Positions 8,960-18,784 of a stretch of 64,000 nt of DNA are shown piece after piece. The DNA is from an uncultured Verrucomicrobiae bacterium (GTDB lineage: Bacteria > Verrucomicrobiota > Verrucomicrobiia > Limisphaerales > Palsa-1400): the NCBI GenBank assembly GCA_963707025.1, contig CAVPOM010000009.1, forward strand, positions 352,001-416,000, read 5' to 3'. The notes beneath the pieces were generated by a model. That model did not search any database, had not been told where the DNA came from, and saw nothing but the letters and a program-made list of their open reading frames with translations. Numbering within the stretch: position 1 is the stretch's first letter; the number at the start of each line of letters is the position of its first letter. Both the position numbers and the translations under genes were made by a program.

Positions 8960-9337
8960 ATGAAAATGAAAACTCAGAAACAGAGTGGGTTCACCTTGGT
9001 GGAAATCATGATCGTCGTCGCCATCATCGGCCTCCTGGCCGCCATCGCGATTCCCAACTTCGTGCGCGCCCGCACCACCTCGCAGACCAATGCCTGCATC
9101 AGCAATCTCCGTATCATTGACGGAGCCAAGGGCCAGTGGGCCTTGGAAGTCCACAAGCAGACCACCGACACGCCCGGCGACACCGACCTCCAGCCTTACA
9201 TGGGCCGGGGATCCGCCGGCGAACTGCCCGTTTGCCCGAATGATACGGCGCAGACCTTCGACACCAGCTACAGCCCCAACGCTGTTGGCACCAAGCCGAT
9301 CTGCAACATCGTCCCGGCTACGCACAGTTTGCCGTAG
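8960..9337 (+). CDS. Type IV pilin / prepilin-type protein
   Basis: G|FTLVEIMIVVAIIGLLAAIAIPNF class III signal peptide with E5; C-terminal Cys pair; monocistronic. Confidence 0.92.
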   Translation: MKMKTQKQSGFTLVEIMIVVAIIGLLAAIAIPNFVRARTTSQTNACISNLRIIDGAKGQWALEVHKQTTDTPGDTDLQPYMGRGSAGELPVCPNDTAQTFDTSYSPNAVGTKPICNIVPATHSLP

Positions 9338-9377
9338 TTCCAAGCCTTTTTCTGGATCGCTAAGATCTAAACACACC

Positions 9378-9410
9378 AAAAAAGCCCGGAAGAAATTCCG
9401 GGGTTTTTTT
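9378..9410. terminator. Bidirectional intrinsic terminator
   Basis: AAAAAAGCCCGGAA-GAAA-TTCCGGGGTTTTTTT between the convergent pilin and kinase genes. Confidence 0.8.
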
Positions 9411-11868
9411 ATTCACCGGTCACGGGCGGCGGAGGGGGGGCCTCGACCGGCTGCTCCACTTGCGGCAGGTAAACCTTGAAGGTCGTGCCTTGTCCCGGCC
9501 CGCTCCGGACGCTGATATTGCCGCCGCATTGTTTGATGATGCCGTGGCAGGCGGCCAGCCCCAACCCCGTCCCTTGCCCCGCCCCCTTGGCGGAAAGGAA
9601 CGGCTCAAACAGCCGCGCTTTCGCCTCTTCGCTCATGCCCGTGCCGGTATCGGTGAGCGCCAGCATGACATAGCCGCCCGGTTTCAACTCGGGGAAATCG
9701 TCCCCGCCCGGCTGGTCCAAGCTCAGGTTGGCCGTTTCCAGCGTCAGTTTCCCGCCGCCGGGCATGGCTTGGCGGGCGTTGATGGCCAAGCTGAGGATCA
9801 CTTGTTCGATCTGCTCCGCGTCCGCCTGCACCGCCCGCAGGCCTTCCGCCGCGATGACGCGCACCTCCACTGCCGCGCCCATGACGAGGCGGAAGGACTC
9901 GGTCATGCCGGCGATGACCTGGTTGAGGTCGAGCGGTTCCATCCGCGGGGATTGCTTGCGCCCGCAGGCCTGCAATTGCCCGGTAAGCACCGCGGCCCGT
10001 TCGGCGGCGCGAATGATGTCCTTGACTTCGTTGCGCAACGGACTGGCCGCCGGCAGCTCGCTGAGCAGGAATTCACCCTGGCCCAGAATGACGGTGAGGA
10101 TGCCGTTGAACTCGTGGGCCACCCCGGCCGCCAGCTTGCCGGCGATTTCCAGCTTTTGGGATTGCAGCCCATGATCCTCCAGCCGTTTGCGCCCGGTGAT
10201 GTCGTGGAACGTCCAGATTCTCCCGTAGTATTTTCCGTCCTTGCCGATGACCGGCGCCGAGTACCCGTCCAGCACCGCCCCGTTGTTGAGTTCGATCTCA
10301 TCCTTGCTGATTTGGTCCGGGTGGGAATAAAGAGAGGCGATTTTTTCCGCAAAGGACGCGGGGTTTTTGACCCGGCTCGCGATCCACTGCATCTGCTTCT
10401 GGTGGTCCGGGTCGTCGGCCACGGGCTGGGGAATTTCCCACAGTTCGTTCAGCCGCTGGTTTTGCAGGATCTTCCTTCCCTCCTTGTCCACCACCAGGAT
10501 GCCGTCGCTGGAGCAATTGACTTGGGCCTCGAGGAAGGCGGTTTTCCACTGCAACTCCTCTTCCCCCCGCTTGCGCTTGGTGATGTCTTGAATCTGCGAG
10601 ATGAAATAGAGCGGGCGGCCCCCGGCGTCGCGCACCAGGGAAACACTCAACAAAACCCTGACCAGGTGGCCGCGCATGTGGAAATACCGTTTCTCCGCCT
10701 GAAAGGAAGCGATTTCCCCCGCCATCAGCTTGCGCACGTTTTCCTGGTCGGTTTCCAGGTCATCCGGATGGGTGATGTCCTGGAAGGTGCGCATGCGCAA
10801 CCCGGCTTCCGAGTACCCCACCAATTCGCACAGCGCCCGGTTGACTTTGAGCCACCTGCCGTCCAGTCCTACCAGGGCCATGCCGATGGCCGCCGACTCG
10901 AACGCGCTGGAGAAGCGTTCCTCGCTGGCCCGCAAGGACTCCTCCACTCGGCGCCGTTGGGTGATGTCTTCGTGAATGGCAAAAAAATGAGGCTGGCCGT
11001 CCGCCTCGACAACACCAGCCCGCGTTCGCGCCAGAAAGGTGGTGCCGTCCTTGCGGCGCCGGCGGACTTCTTCCAGCCATTTGGAACCGCCTTGGGTTGA
11101 AGCCAGCATCTCTGCCACGGCCTGGCGGGCCTCCTCCTCATCGGCCTGGCACAGCATCGAAACAGGCCGCCCGATCAACTCCCCGCGCTCGTAACCAAAC
11201 ATCTGGTCCGTCGCCGGATTGGTCGTGACGATCCGCCATTGCCCGTCCATCACGATCACGCTCGCCGTCATCTTCTCGATGACGCGGGCCTGCAATTGCA
11301 ATTTTTCCTCCGTTTGCTTGCGCGCGGTCATGTCGCGCGTCACCTTGGCAAAGCCGCGCAACACTCCCTTTTCATCGCGCAACGCCGTGATGACCACGCT
11401 GGCCCAAAAGGGCGCGCCCCCCTGGCCCACCCGCCAGCCCTCCTCGACAAAGCGCCCTTCCGCCGCCGCCACCTGCAATGCCATCGCCGGCTGGCCCCTC
11501 TCCACCTCGGCCGGGGGGTAAAAGCAGGAGAAATGCCGCCCGATCATCTCGCTCTCGGCATAGCCGTGGATTTGTTCGGCCCCGTCATTCCAACTGACGA
11601 TGCAGCCGCCGGTGTCGAGCATGAGGATGGCATAATCCTTGACGCTGCCGATCATCATCTGGAAGCGCTCCAGGTCGGCCCGCAAGGCTTCTTCCACCCG
11701 GCTGCGACAGGCGATTTCCCGGCGCAATTCTTCATTGGCTTTGGCCAGGACGGCGGCGCGCTCCTCCCCGCCCTTGCGCAGTTCCTCAAGGGCGGCCTTC
11801 AATTCGCTGACCTCCTGCGCCAACGCCAAATCCCCCCGCTTGGCCCGCTTGTTTTTGGTTTGGTCCAT
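9409..11868 (-). CDS. Cytoplasmic multi-PAS sensor histidine kinase (no receiver)
   Basis: Coiled coil, four PAS/PAC units (RDMT, EDIT, QDIT, HDIT ends), H-box GVAHEFN, DTGTG and GTGLGL boxes. Confidence 0.9.
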   Translation of the reverse strand: MDQTKNKRAKRGDLALAQEVSELKAALEELRKGGEERAAVLAKANEELRREIACRSRVEEALRADLERFQMMIGSVKDYAILMLDTGGCIVSWNDGAEQIHGYAESEMIGRHFSCFYPPAEVERGQPAMALQVAAAEGRFVEEGWRVGQGGAPFWASVVITALRDEKGVLRGFAKVTRDMTARKQTEEKLQLQARVIEKMTASVIVMDGQWRIVTTNPATDQMFGYERGELIGRPVSMLCQADEEEARQAVAEMLASTQGGSKWLEEVRRRRKDGTTFLARTRAGVVEADGQPHFFAIHEDITQRRRVEESLRASEERFSSAFESAAIGMALVGLDGRWLKVNRALCELVGYSEAGLRMRTFQDITHPDDLETDQENVRKLMAGEIASFQAEKRYFHMRGHLVRVLLSVSLVRDAGGRPLYFISQIQDITKRKRGEEELQWKTAFLEAQVNCSSDGILVVDKEGRKILQNQRLNELWEIPQPVADDPDHQKQMQWIASRVKNPASFAEKIASLYSHPDQISKDEIELNNGAVLDGYSAPVIGKDGKYYGRIWTFHDITGRKRLEDHGLQSQKLEIAGKLAAGVAHEFNGILTVILGQGEFLLSELPAASPLRNEVKDIIRAAERAAVLTGQLQACGRKQSPRMEPLDLNQVIAGMTESFRLVMGAAVEVRVIAAEGLRAVQADAEQIEQVILSLAINARQAMPGGGKLTLETANLSLDQPGGDDFPELKPGGYVMLALTDTGTGMSEEAKARLFEPFLSAKGAGQGTGLGLAACHGIIKQCGGNISVRSGPGQGTTFKVYLPQVEQPVEAPPPPPVTGE

Positions 11869-11992
11869 GAGTAAGCCTAACTTGCTTCATCATCTGAATC
11901 AATTTTAACCTTGCGTGCTTGCGGGGCGCCGGTTTTAAGGGTTGACCGCGCCGGAAATGTTGCGAGACTGGCGGGGTCACACATACATTTCT

Positions 11993-13591
11993 ATGACCGA
12001 CAATAATCCTGGCTCATCGCCCGCCGCCGTCAAAACCGGCCTGTTCCGCGGCGCCGAAGGACAAAACTACGCGGTGCCCTTCGTCTTGGTCACTTCATTG
12101 TTTCTCCTCTGGGGCCTCTGCAACGGGTTGATTGACACCATGGACAAACACTTTCAGGACCACCTTCATTTGACCAAGGCCCAGTCAGCCTGGGTCCAGT
12201 TTGCCCACTACATGGGCTATACTTTAATGGCGCTTCCCGCAGGCATGCTCACGCGCCGGTTCGGATACAAAACCGGCATCATTTTCGGTCTTTTGCTTGT
12301 TGCCGCAGGCGGATTCTGGTTCATGCCGGCGACACACATCGAGGCGTTCTGGGCTTTTCTACTAGGCGTCTGTTTGATTGCAATGGGGTTGACCGTGCTT
12401 GAGACGGTGGCCAACCCTTACACCACGTTGCTGGGCTCCAAGGAGCGCGGCCCCACCCGCATCAATCTGGCCCAATCCTTCAACGGCGTTGGCTGGATTC
12501 TCGGCCCGATTGTGGGCGGCACCTACTTTTACTCAGCAGGCGGGGTTGAGGTGGCCCATGGCCGGCTTTATATCCCCTATGTCGGGATAGCGATCATTGT
12601 GCTCATTCTGGCGGTGATCTTTTATTTCGCCAATATGCCGGAGGTTAGGTCTGAAGACGCCTATCACACCGACGACCAACAGCCCGTCCCCGAATCCGCC
12701 GGGCAAGCCGACAAAAAATACAACCGATTGCTCATTTTCCTCCTGATGGTCCTCAATGTTTGCGTGCTGGGCTTTGCCACCTACATGATCTTGAATTTAA
12801 TTCTGCCCGCCTGCAACGTCACCCCGGCAACGACCGCGTGGCTTGTGCCCCGTATCGTCGGCCTTCCCCTCCTCCTGGCCATCCTGCTGCTGATACCCTT
12901 GACAAACAGGCTCTCCTTCCACAGCATTTGGGCCCACCCTCACTTCTCCTCGGCGACGTTCGCCCAGTTTTGCTATATCGCCGCTCAAGCGGGCATTTTC
13001 AGCTTCTTCATCAACTACGTCATCTCCGAGATGCCCGCGGTCTCCAAGGCGACTGTGGACGGCTGGCTGATCAGCGGCAATGCGGTGGTGCGGGACGGTG
13101 CTTACTTCGTGAACGAGAAGGGAGCAACGCGGCTGCTGGGGTATGTGGGCTTCGTCCTGTTCTGTCTTGGCCGTTTTGTCGGCGCCGCCGTTATCAACAA
13201 GGCGCCGGCGCACCGGGTGCTTGGCTGCTACGCCCTCCTCAATGTTATCCTCTGCGGGATTGTCGTTCTCAAGCTTGGCTGGATTTCTGTGATCGCGGTT
13301 TTCCTGACCTTCTTTTTCATGTCCGTCATGTTCCCAACCATTTTCGCCCTCGGCATTCACGGCTTGGGATCTCAATCCAAGAAGAAGGCCTCAGCCTTCA
13401 TCGTCATGTCCATTACCGGCGGCGCGCTCATGCCCAAAGTCATGGGCCACCTCGGCGATATTTACAATATGTCCGTCAGCTTCTGGATGCCCTTTGGCTG
13501 CTTCGCTTTCGTCGCCCTCTACGGTTTTGCCTGGCCCAAACTCTCCAAGTCCGAAGGCGCGCTCAACCTCTCCCTTGCCAAGGGGCATTGA
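11993..13591 (+). CDS. L-fucose/glucose-galactose MFS permease (FucP family)
   Basis: FVLVTSLFLLWG, LETVANPY, RINLAQSFNGVG, SVMFPTIFALG, IVMSITGGA. Confidence 0.88.
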   Translation: MTDNNPGSSPAAVKTGLFRGAEGQNYAVPFVLVTSLFLLWGLCNGLIDTMDKHFQDHLHLTKAQSAWVQFAHYMGYTLMALPAGMLTRRFGYKTGIIFGLLLVAAGGFWFMPATHIEAFWAFLLGVCLIAMGLTVLETVANPYTTLLGSKERGPTRINLAQSFNGVGWILGPIVGGTYFYSAGGVEVAHGRLYIPYVGIAIIVLILAVIFYFANMPEVRSEDAYHTDDQQPVPESAGQADKKYNRLLIFLLMVLNVCVLGFATYMILNLILPACNVTPATTAWLVPRIVGLPLLLAILLLIPLTNRLSFHSIWAHPHFSSATFAQFCYIAAQAGIFSFFINYVISEMPAVSKATVDGWLISGNAVVRDGAYFVNEKGATRLLGYVGFVLFCLGRFVGAAVINKAPAHRVLGCYALLNVILCGIVVLKLGWISVIAVFLTFFFMSVMFPTIFALGIHGLGSQSKKKASAFIVMSITGGALMPKVMGHLGDIYNMSVSFWMPFGCFAFVALYGFAWPKLSKSEGALNLSLAKGH

Positions 13592-13615
13592 TGGCCCCAA
13601 TCCCATTCGCGTTGC

Positions 13616-14005
13616 TCAGGCCGATTCCAAAATAATGTTCGCATACTGAATCGTGTCCCCGGTGCGGATCAGGCCAATCGCCGCCGGAACGCGCTTTTTG
13701 AACCGGAGGTGCGGTTCGTGTCCCACCGGAATGCCGCGCAAGGCCTCGGCAAAGGCGGCCCGCACCGCCTTGTCGTTATGCTTGACAAATTCCCGCGCCA
13801 TCCAGGCCCGCCCCGCCTTGAAATTGCCGCGCACGGCCGCCAGCACCTGCAGGACGGAGGGGATGCCGTCCACCAGCGAGAGGTCCACCGTTTCAAGCTG
13901 CGGCCAAAAGGGAAAACCGCGGTCGGCAATCACCAGCGTGTTGGTGTGGCGCACCCGGCTCAACAGATCGTTGAGGCGGGGATTGAGGATTCCAGTCTTC
14001 AGCAT
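13616..14005 (-). CDS. RbsD/FucU family sugar pyranase/mutarotase
   Basis: MLKTGILNP.L...RHTNTLVIADRGFP...H..FK...IRTGDT..YANIILES. Confidence 0.9.
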   Translation of the reverse strand: MLKTGILNPRLNDLLSRVRHTNTLVIADRGFPFWPQLETVDLSLVDGIPSVLQVLAAVRGNFKAGRAWMAREFVKHNDKAVRAAFAEALRGIPVGHEPHLRFKKRVPAAIGLIRTGDTIQYANIILESA

Positions 14006-14070
14006 AAGGCCCACCAGCATGGCGGATTTCGCGCGAACGGTCAACTCACGGGCACATTTTTTGGGTTCCC

Positions 14071-14149
14071 TTCTTAATCTTAATCCTAATCTTAATCTTA
14101 ATCTTCAAACGCAGGAGCGGGGATTATGATTAAGATTAAGATTAAGAAA
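14071..14149. repeat. Inverted hexamer microsatellite hairpin (TTAATC)n...(GATTAA)n
   Basis: TTCTTAATCTTAATCCTAATCTTAATCTTAATC, short spacer, GATTATGATTAAGATTAAGATTAAGAA. Confidence 0.85.
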
Positions 14150-14189
14150 TCGGAATTGTCTGTCCGCCCTGCCTTTGTCCAGGCTGGCA

Positions 14190-15020
14190 TTAAAACCCCC
14201 GCAAATCCGTGCTCGACCGCCGGGGCAATCCGGGCGCGGGCAGGCGCAGGAACACAAGGTATTCGATGCCGTGTTCCCGGCAGTATTCGCGCTTGCCGCC
14301 TCTGTCCCCGTCCTCGTTGACGGCATAAATATCCGGCTTGAGACGCTCGATTTCCGGCGCGGCGTCCAGCCATCCCTCTCCCGTCGAAATCAGGGCCTCG
14401 GTCACGAAACGGATGGATTGAACCGCATACCGCCGTTCCTCCTGTGGGAACAGCGGATGCCCCGCCCCCTTGAGCAGACGGATGTTCGCATCATGCCCCA
14501 GCACCACATAAAGGTCGCCATAGCTGCTGGCTTCCTCAAAAAAACGCACATGCCCGGAATGGAGCCAGTCATACGTGCCGGTCACGACGACTTTCTTGCG
14601 CGCCGCGCCGGCCGGGGCCGGCGCTTTGGCCGCTGGCGGAAATCCGCGCAACTGCTGGCCGCCCAACTCCCGATAGGCCAGCCGGTGCTGCTCGCAAAAG
14701 GCCCGTTGCGCCGGGCCGGCCCGCGCCTCTTCCACCACCCAAAGATCGGGCGTGAATCCGGGCACGCCCGGCAGCGCATTGGCCGCGACCTCGCCCTTCA
14801 CCGGCACCACCTGTTTCACGTAACGAAGCGCCTGCAAAAAATAGGCCCGCTCCGCCAGGGGAAATTTCAGGGGCTTCCAGTCCAGCGCGCGCACCGTGTC
14901 ATCCGGCCAAAGGAGCACGGTCACTTCGCCCAGCCGCGCCGCCTCCTGCAAAAAGCGCAGCGTCCGCGAGCCTTGCTCATCAAACGGGCCGGTCACGGCC
15001 ACCTGCACCGGGGCGCTCAT
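14190..15020 (-). CDS. Tandem-domain cytidylyl/adenylyltransferase (HxGH family, RfaE/TagD-like)
   Basis: Domain 2 VVVTGTYDWLHSGHVRFFEEA...RSSTDLR; domain 1 is a degenerate copy (VAVTGPFDEQGSRTLRFLQEA). Confidence 0.82.
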   Translation of the reverse strand: MSAPVQVAVTGPFDEQGSRTLRFLQEAARLGEVTVLLWPDDTVRALDWKPLKFPLAERAYFLQALRYVKQVVPVKGEVAANALPGVPGFTPDLWVVEEARAGPAQRAFCEQHRLAYRELGGQQLRGFPPAAKAPAPAGAARKKVVVTGTYDWLHSGHVRFFEEASSYGDLYVVLGHDANIRLLKGAGHPLFPQEERRYAVQSIRFVTEALISTGEGWLDAAPEIERLKPDIYAVNEDGDRGGKREYCREHGIEYLVFLRLPAPGLPRRSSTDLRGF

Positions 15021-15021
15021 G

Positions 15022-15777
15022 TCAAACGCCTTCCGGTGGAAATAACGGCGAAGCCAGCAGGCCCCATTTCGCCAGCCGGAAGCGCAGCGCGGTGGCCAGG
15101 CAGCCAAAACCATAGGTCACGCTGCGCCGGAAATTGATGGAGGAAGCCTCCTCAAAATAGCGGGTCGGGCAACTGATCTCCCCAATGGTGAACCCGGCCC
15201 AGACAATTTGCGCCAGCATTTGATTGTCAAATACAAAATCATCCGAATTGCCCGCCAGGGGCAGCCGTTCCAGGATCTGCCGCGAAAAGGCCCGGTAACC
15301 GGTGTGGTATTCGGACAGCTTGGCCCCCAGCAGCAGATTCTCCGCCGCCGTCAGAAACCGGTTGGCCGCGTACCTCCACCACGGCATCCCGCCGTGCCGC
15401 GCGTAGCCGCCCAGAATCCGGCTGCCCAGCACGCACGGATAAAGGCCGGCCGCAATCAGGGAAACCATCGCCGGAATGAGTTTGGGCGTGTACTGGCAAT
15501 CCGGATGCACCATAATGATGATGTCCGCCCCCTCCGCCAGCGCCAGGCGGTAGCAGCTCTTTTGATTTCCCCCGTAACCCAGGTTCCGGGCGTGCGTGAA
15601 CACGACGGTGTTGGGCAGGTTCTTCGCCACCGCCACCGTCTCATCCCGGCTGGCATCATCCACAATGATCACCCGGTCAACCATCCCCTGCGCCATGACC
15701 TCGTTGTAGGTTTGGACGAGCGTTTTGGCCGCATTGTAAGCGGGCATGACCACGGCCACTTTTTTATCTCGAAACAT
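15022..15777 (-). CDS. Glycosyltransferase family 2
   Basis: VVMPAYNAA, IVDDASRD, NLGYGGNQK, MVHPDCQY, LSEYHTGYRAFSR, NSDDFVFDNQ. Confidence 0.92.
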   Translation of the reverse strand: MFRDKKVAVVMPAYNAAKTLVQTYNEVMAQGMVDRVIIVDDASRDETVAVAKNLPNTVVFTHARNLGYGGNQKSCYRLALAEGADIIIMVHPDCQYTPKLIPAMVSLIAAGLYPCVLGSRILGGYARHGGMPWWRYAANRFLTAAENLLLGAKLSEYHTGYRAFSRQILERLPLAGNSDDFVFDNQMLAQIVWAGFTIGEISCPTRYFEEASSINFRRSVTYGFGCLATALRFRLAKWGLLASPLFPPEGV

Positions 15778-15946
15778 ATTGAAAAACGCGCGCCCGCACC
15801 ACCCCTGTCATCGGCCCAACCGCCGGACCACTGAATGGCAATCCGTCATCGTTCAGGCCCTCCTTCGCCCGCCGGTGCGAGCGGTGGCGGGCGGCCTCCG
15901 CTCTTCCTGTCGGCCATGAACCCGCGCGCCATCAACTTGTCAAGGC

Positions 15947-15967
15947 TGGAGCCAGTTGTCGGAATCG
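15947..15967 (-). repeat. att-like direct repeat, tRNA(Thr-like) 3'-end fragment (distal end of island)
   Basis: TGGAGCCAGTTGTCGGAATCG is identical to 33058-33078; reverse complement CGATTCCGACAACTGGCTCCA = T-arm/acceptor/CCA. Confidence 0.88.
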
Positions 15968-16378
15968 GACGAATACAGCCCCATCCGCATCTGGCTCTGC
16001 TTCAGGCGCTTTGGCAAAACGGCCTGATACGGGGCCACTTTAGCGCGGTGGCGGCATTCTGCAAGCTTCCATTCACTCTTTTTCATCCGCCCTGCTCTGC
16101 CCTTCACCTTCGGATGTGTTTACAATGCCCCCCAGCGTTGAATCGGCGTACGCTGGGCAAGAAGGGCGGGGCGATTGTAAATCCCGTGTTCTGAATGTCC
16201 CGGTCCACGTTGCTTTGGAGCGCGGCAAGGAGCTGCCGGCTCTCATTTTCAACCTGACTGATATCGCTTACCTCGTTGCGGACGGTCAGCGAGTACTGGC
16301 GAGGTATTATGGCTGTAGTTTCATTGAAAATGCTCAAGCTGGGCCGAAGACCCTTCAATCCTGGCCCAGAAAACGGCA

Positions 16379-16470
16379 CGATTGCCCACCGGCATTTGTA
16401 CGCCCAAGGCGTCAAGGCCAACGTCCTGTTCTTCGACCGCAAACCCGCCCAGGAAAAGCCCCAGACCTGA
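16379..16470 (+). pseudogene. Fragment of a type I restriction-modification methyltransferase (HsdM)
   Basis: RLPTGI/(frameshift)YAQGVKANVLFFDRKPAQEKP is a recognisable HsdM segment; the rest of the gene is absent. Confidence 0.7.
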
Positions 16471-16656
16471 ACCCGTGGATTGCGGATTAGGAAAGAGAGC
16501 AAGACGAAACACGCCCACGTAAAAAGGCCAGCCACCACCACCCCGAGGCGAGAGACCGCTTTTAGGTTTTCGTCGCATTCAGCACATCGCCCGCTCGCGC
16601 CGGGACCACAACAGACGTCGCTCATGTCGCTTGAGCGAAGCAACGCCCGCCTTGAA

Positions 16657-16875
16657 CTAAGCCAGGACGGCCTTCTTCGCTTTCAGGTATTTCTCAATGG
16701 TTTTTATGAGATTGCAGGAATTGGGGACGCGGACGGCGTTGGGCTTGCCCAATTTGTAATGCACCAGCAATTTGCCGACCATTCCCACTCGAAGATCCGC
16801 TTCCGCCATGCGCCAAAGTTGACCTGCGGCCAAAGGTTGTTGGACAATGCGGCGAGGAGTCGTGATTTTTTTCAT
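16657..16875 (-). CDS. Small basic hypothetical protein
   Basis: 72 aa, LAAGQLWRM...VGMVGKLLVHYK...IEKYLKAKKAVLA; protein-like composition. Confidence 0.6.
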   Translation of the reverse strand: MKKITTPRRIVQQPLAAGQLWRMAEADLRVGMVGKLLVHYKLGKPNAVRVPNSCNLIKTIEKYLKAKKAVLA

Positions 16876-17050
16876 GGCCAATCCTGCCCGTTCCTTTTCG
16901 ATTAAACCAGTTAAATCTCCATGATTGACTCCAAACCCACGCCGGCGGTCAAGATCTGGTTTACCCTACAGGATCAATCAAGGTATCCCGCGAGTTCGTC
17001 ACCATCGGCATATAGGGTAAGCCCGAAGGGGCGGTAGTGTTTTCCTATCA

Positions 17051-17077
17051 TTAAGCGATGCATCCTTTGACCGATGG
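17051..17077 (+). promoter_or_regulatory. Putative sigma28 (FliA) promoter of the chemotaxis operon
   Basis: TTAAG-N14-ACCGATGG resembles TAAA(G)-N14/15-GCCGATAA; directly upstream of the first MCP. Confidence 0.5.
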
Positions 17078-17123
17078 TTTCTCTATGAAACACGAAGCGG
17101 TGTCAGAACATGCCGGGAATAAC

Positions 17124-18758
17124 ATGCATAAAGTACAAAATTGGACGATCAAAAAGAAAATCATCGCCGGGTTGGTCGCCGGCCTCGTGGTGGTCTTGCC
17201 CCTCGCCGTTGGATCGCACCTTCTTTTCCAAAAAGTCAAGGCGGACACCAAAAACGTGAGGACGGAGGCCCTGCCGGGGCTGACGGCGGTGTTACAGATC
17301 AGGGGCCTGAGCAGTGAACTCCATATCCAGGTCCTCCGCGCCATCCTGGCCACAACCCCGGAGGACCGGAAAAGATTTGAGGACGAAGCCGCTGCGATGC
17401 AGGCGACCATTTTGAAGGTCATGGATGGCTACGAGAAGGCGATCCCGCTCGCCGGGGACCGCCAGATGTTCAAGCAAATGGAGGCCAGCCGCGATACCTA
17501 TGACGCCGCCCGCGATCATCTTTTTGAATTGGCCAGGGCCGGCAAGGCGGAGGAGGCAAAGGCGTTCGCCAACTCGACTATCGGAGCCGATTACGAGGCT
17601 TATGAAGAGATGGTCAGCAAGATGCTGGATGGGAACAGGGCGAATGCGGAAGAATCCAGCGCGAATGCCCAGAGGACAGCCGGGAATGCCAGCTTGATCA
17701 TCGGCGGCGCGTCCGTGGTGGTCATCGTGTTGTGCCTGGTTTTCGCGTCAGCCATTGTGATCGGCCTGAATCGTGTTTTGGTAAGAATAGCCAACTCCCT
17801 TAACGAGGATTCCGGCCGGGTTTCCAGCGCCGCGACTCAGGTTTCATCCGCCAGCCAGACTTTGGCCGAAGGCGCCAGCGAACAGGCGGCGTCACTGGAG
17901 GAAACCAGTTCTTCGTTGGAAGAGATGGCCTCCATGACCAAACGCAATTCCGAGAATGCCCAGAAAGCCAACGATCTCGCCAAGCAAGCTCGTGAAGCCG
18001 CGGATAAAGGCGTGGGCGACATGCAATCCATGTCCACCGCGATGGAAGCCATCAAAGTGTCCAGCCACGATATTGCCAAGATCATCAAGACCATAGATGA
18101 AATTGCTTTCCAGACCAACATTCTGGCTTTGAACGCCTCGGTGGAAGCGGCCCGCGCCGGTGAAGCGGGCATGGGATTTGCCGTCGTTGCCGATGAAGTT
18201 CGCAACCTGGCCCAACGCAGCGCCCAAGCGGCCAAAGAAACGGCGGGCAAGATTGAGGGAGCTATTGCCAAGGCAGGGCAAGGAGTCGAAATCAGCAGCC
18301 AGGTGGCGCGGACTTTGAATGATATCGTGGCCAAAGTGCGGCAGGTTGACGAACTGGTGGCCGAAGTCGCCGACGCATCGCGCGAACAAGCGCAGGGCGT
18401 CACCCAAATGAACACCGCGGTAGGGCAGGTGGACAAGGTGACGCAGAGCAACGCGGCCAGCGCCGAGGAAAGCGCCGCTGCCGCCGAAGAACTCAATGCC
18501 CAGGCTGAGACGATGAAACAGACGGTGGCGGAATTGCTGGACCTCGTGGGCGGCAAGAGCGGAGCTGTCACGACAAAACCGCCTGCTCCGGTCGCACCCG
18601 TAAAGGGAGTTCATGCAGCTCCTCCGGCAGCAAAATGGCGCGCCACTGGCAATGGCAGCGGAATTGGCAATAGACATGCCCATTTTGCGCCGGCAATGGC
18701 CGCCGCGGGAAACCGGCGCGGTGAGATCCCAATGGAAGATGATTTCAAGGACTTTTAA
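17124..18758 (+). CDS. Methyl-accepting chemotaxis protein (four-helix-bundle sensor, no HAMP)
   Basis: TM1, 4HB periplasmic domain, TM2, [38 protein letters not shown]-terminal DFKDF; start uncertain (17058/17085/17124). Confidence 0.95.
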   Translation: MHKVQNWTIKKKIIAGLVAGLVVVLPLAVGSHLLFQKVKADTKNVRTEALPGLTAVLQIRGLSSELHIQVLRAILATTPEDRKRFEDEAAAMQATILKVMDGYEKAIPLAGDRQMFKQMEASRDTYDAARDHLFELARAGKAEEAKAFANSTIGADYEAYEEMVSKMLDGNRANAEESSANAQRTAGNASLIIGGASVVVIVLCLVFASAIVIGLNRVLVRIANSLNEDSGRVSSAATQVSSASQTLAEGASEQAASLEETSSSLEEMASMTKRNSENAQKANDLAKQAREAADKGVGDMQSMSTAMEAIKVSSHDIAKIIKTIDEIAFQTNILALNASVEAARAGEAGMGFAVVADEVRNLAQRSAQAAKETAGKIEGAIAKAGQGVEISSQVARTLNDIVAKVRQVDELVAEVADASREQAQGVTQMNTAVGQVDKVTQSNAASAEESAAAAEELNAQAETMKQTVAELLDLVGGKSGAVTTKPPAPVAPVKGVHAAPPAAKWRATGNGSGIGNRHAHFAPAMAAAGNRRGEIPMEDDFKDF

Positions 18759-18784
18759 ACCGGAAAAGCACCTGTCACAAAACT

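Noticed and set aside
9460..11100. 546-aa + strand ORF and similar long antisense ORFs (e.g. 45840-47060, 56255-57655)
   Set aside because: Shadows of well-supported genes on the opposite strand in GC-rich DNA; no recognisable motifs.
16104..16643. 179-aa minus-strand ORF as a real gene
   Set aside because: It overlaps the HsdM fragment on the other strand, reads as a mosaic of debris and has no recognisable family.
17010..17050. c-di-GMP riboswitch upstream of the MCP
   Set aside because: A small GCCC-GAAG-GGGC hairpin exists, but the GGCAAA/GCAAAGC GEMM features are absent.
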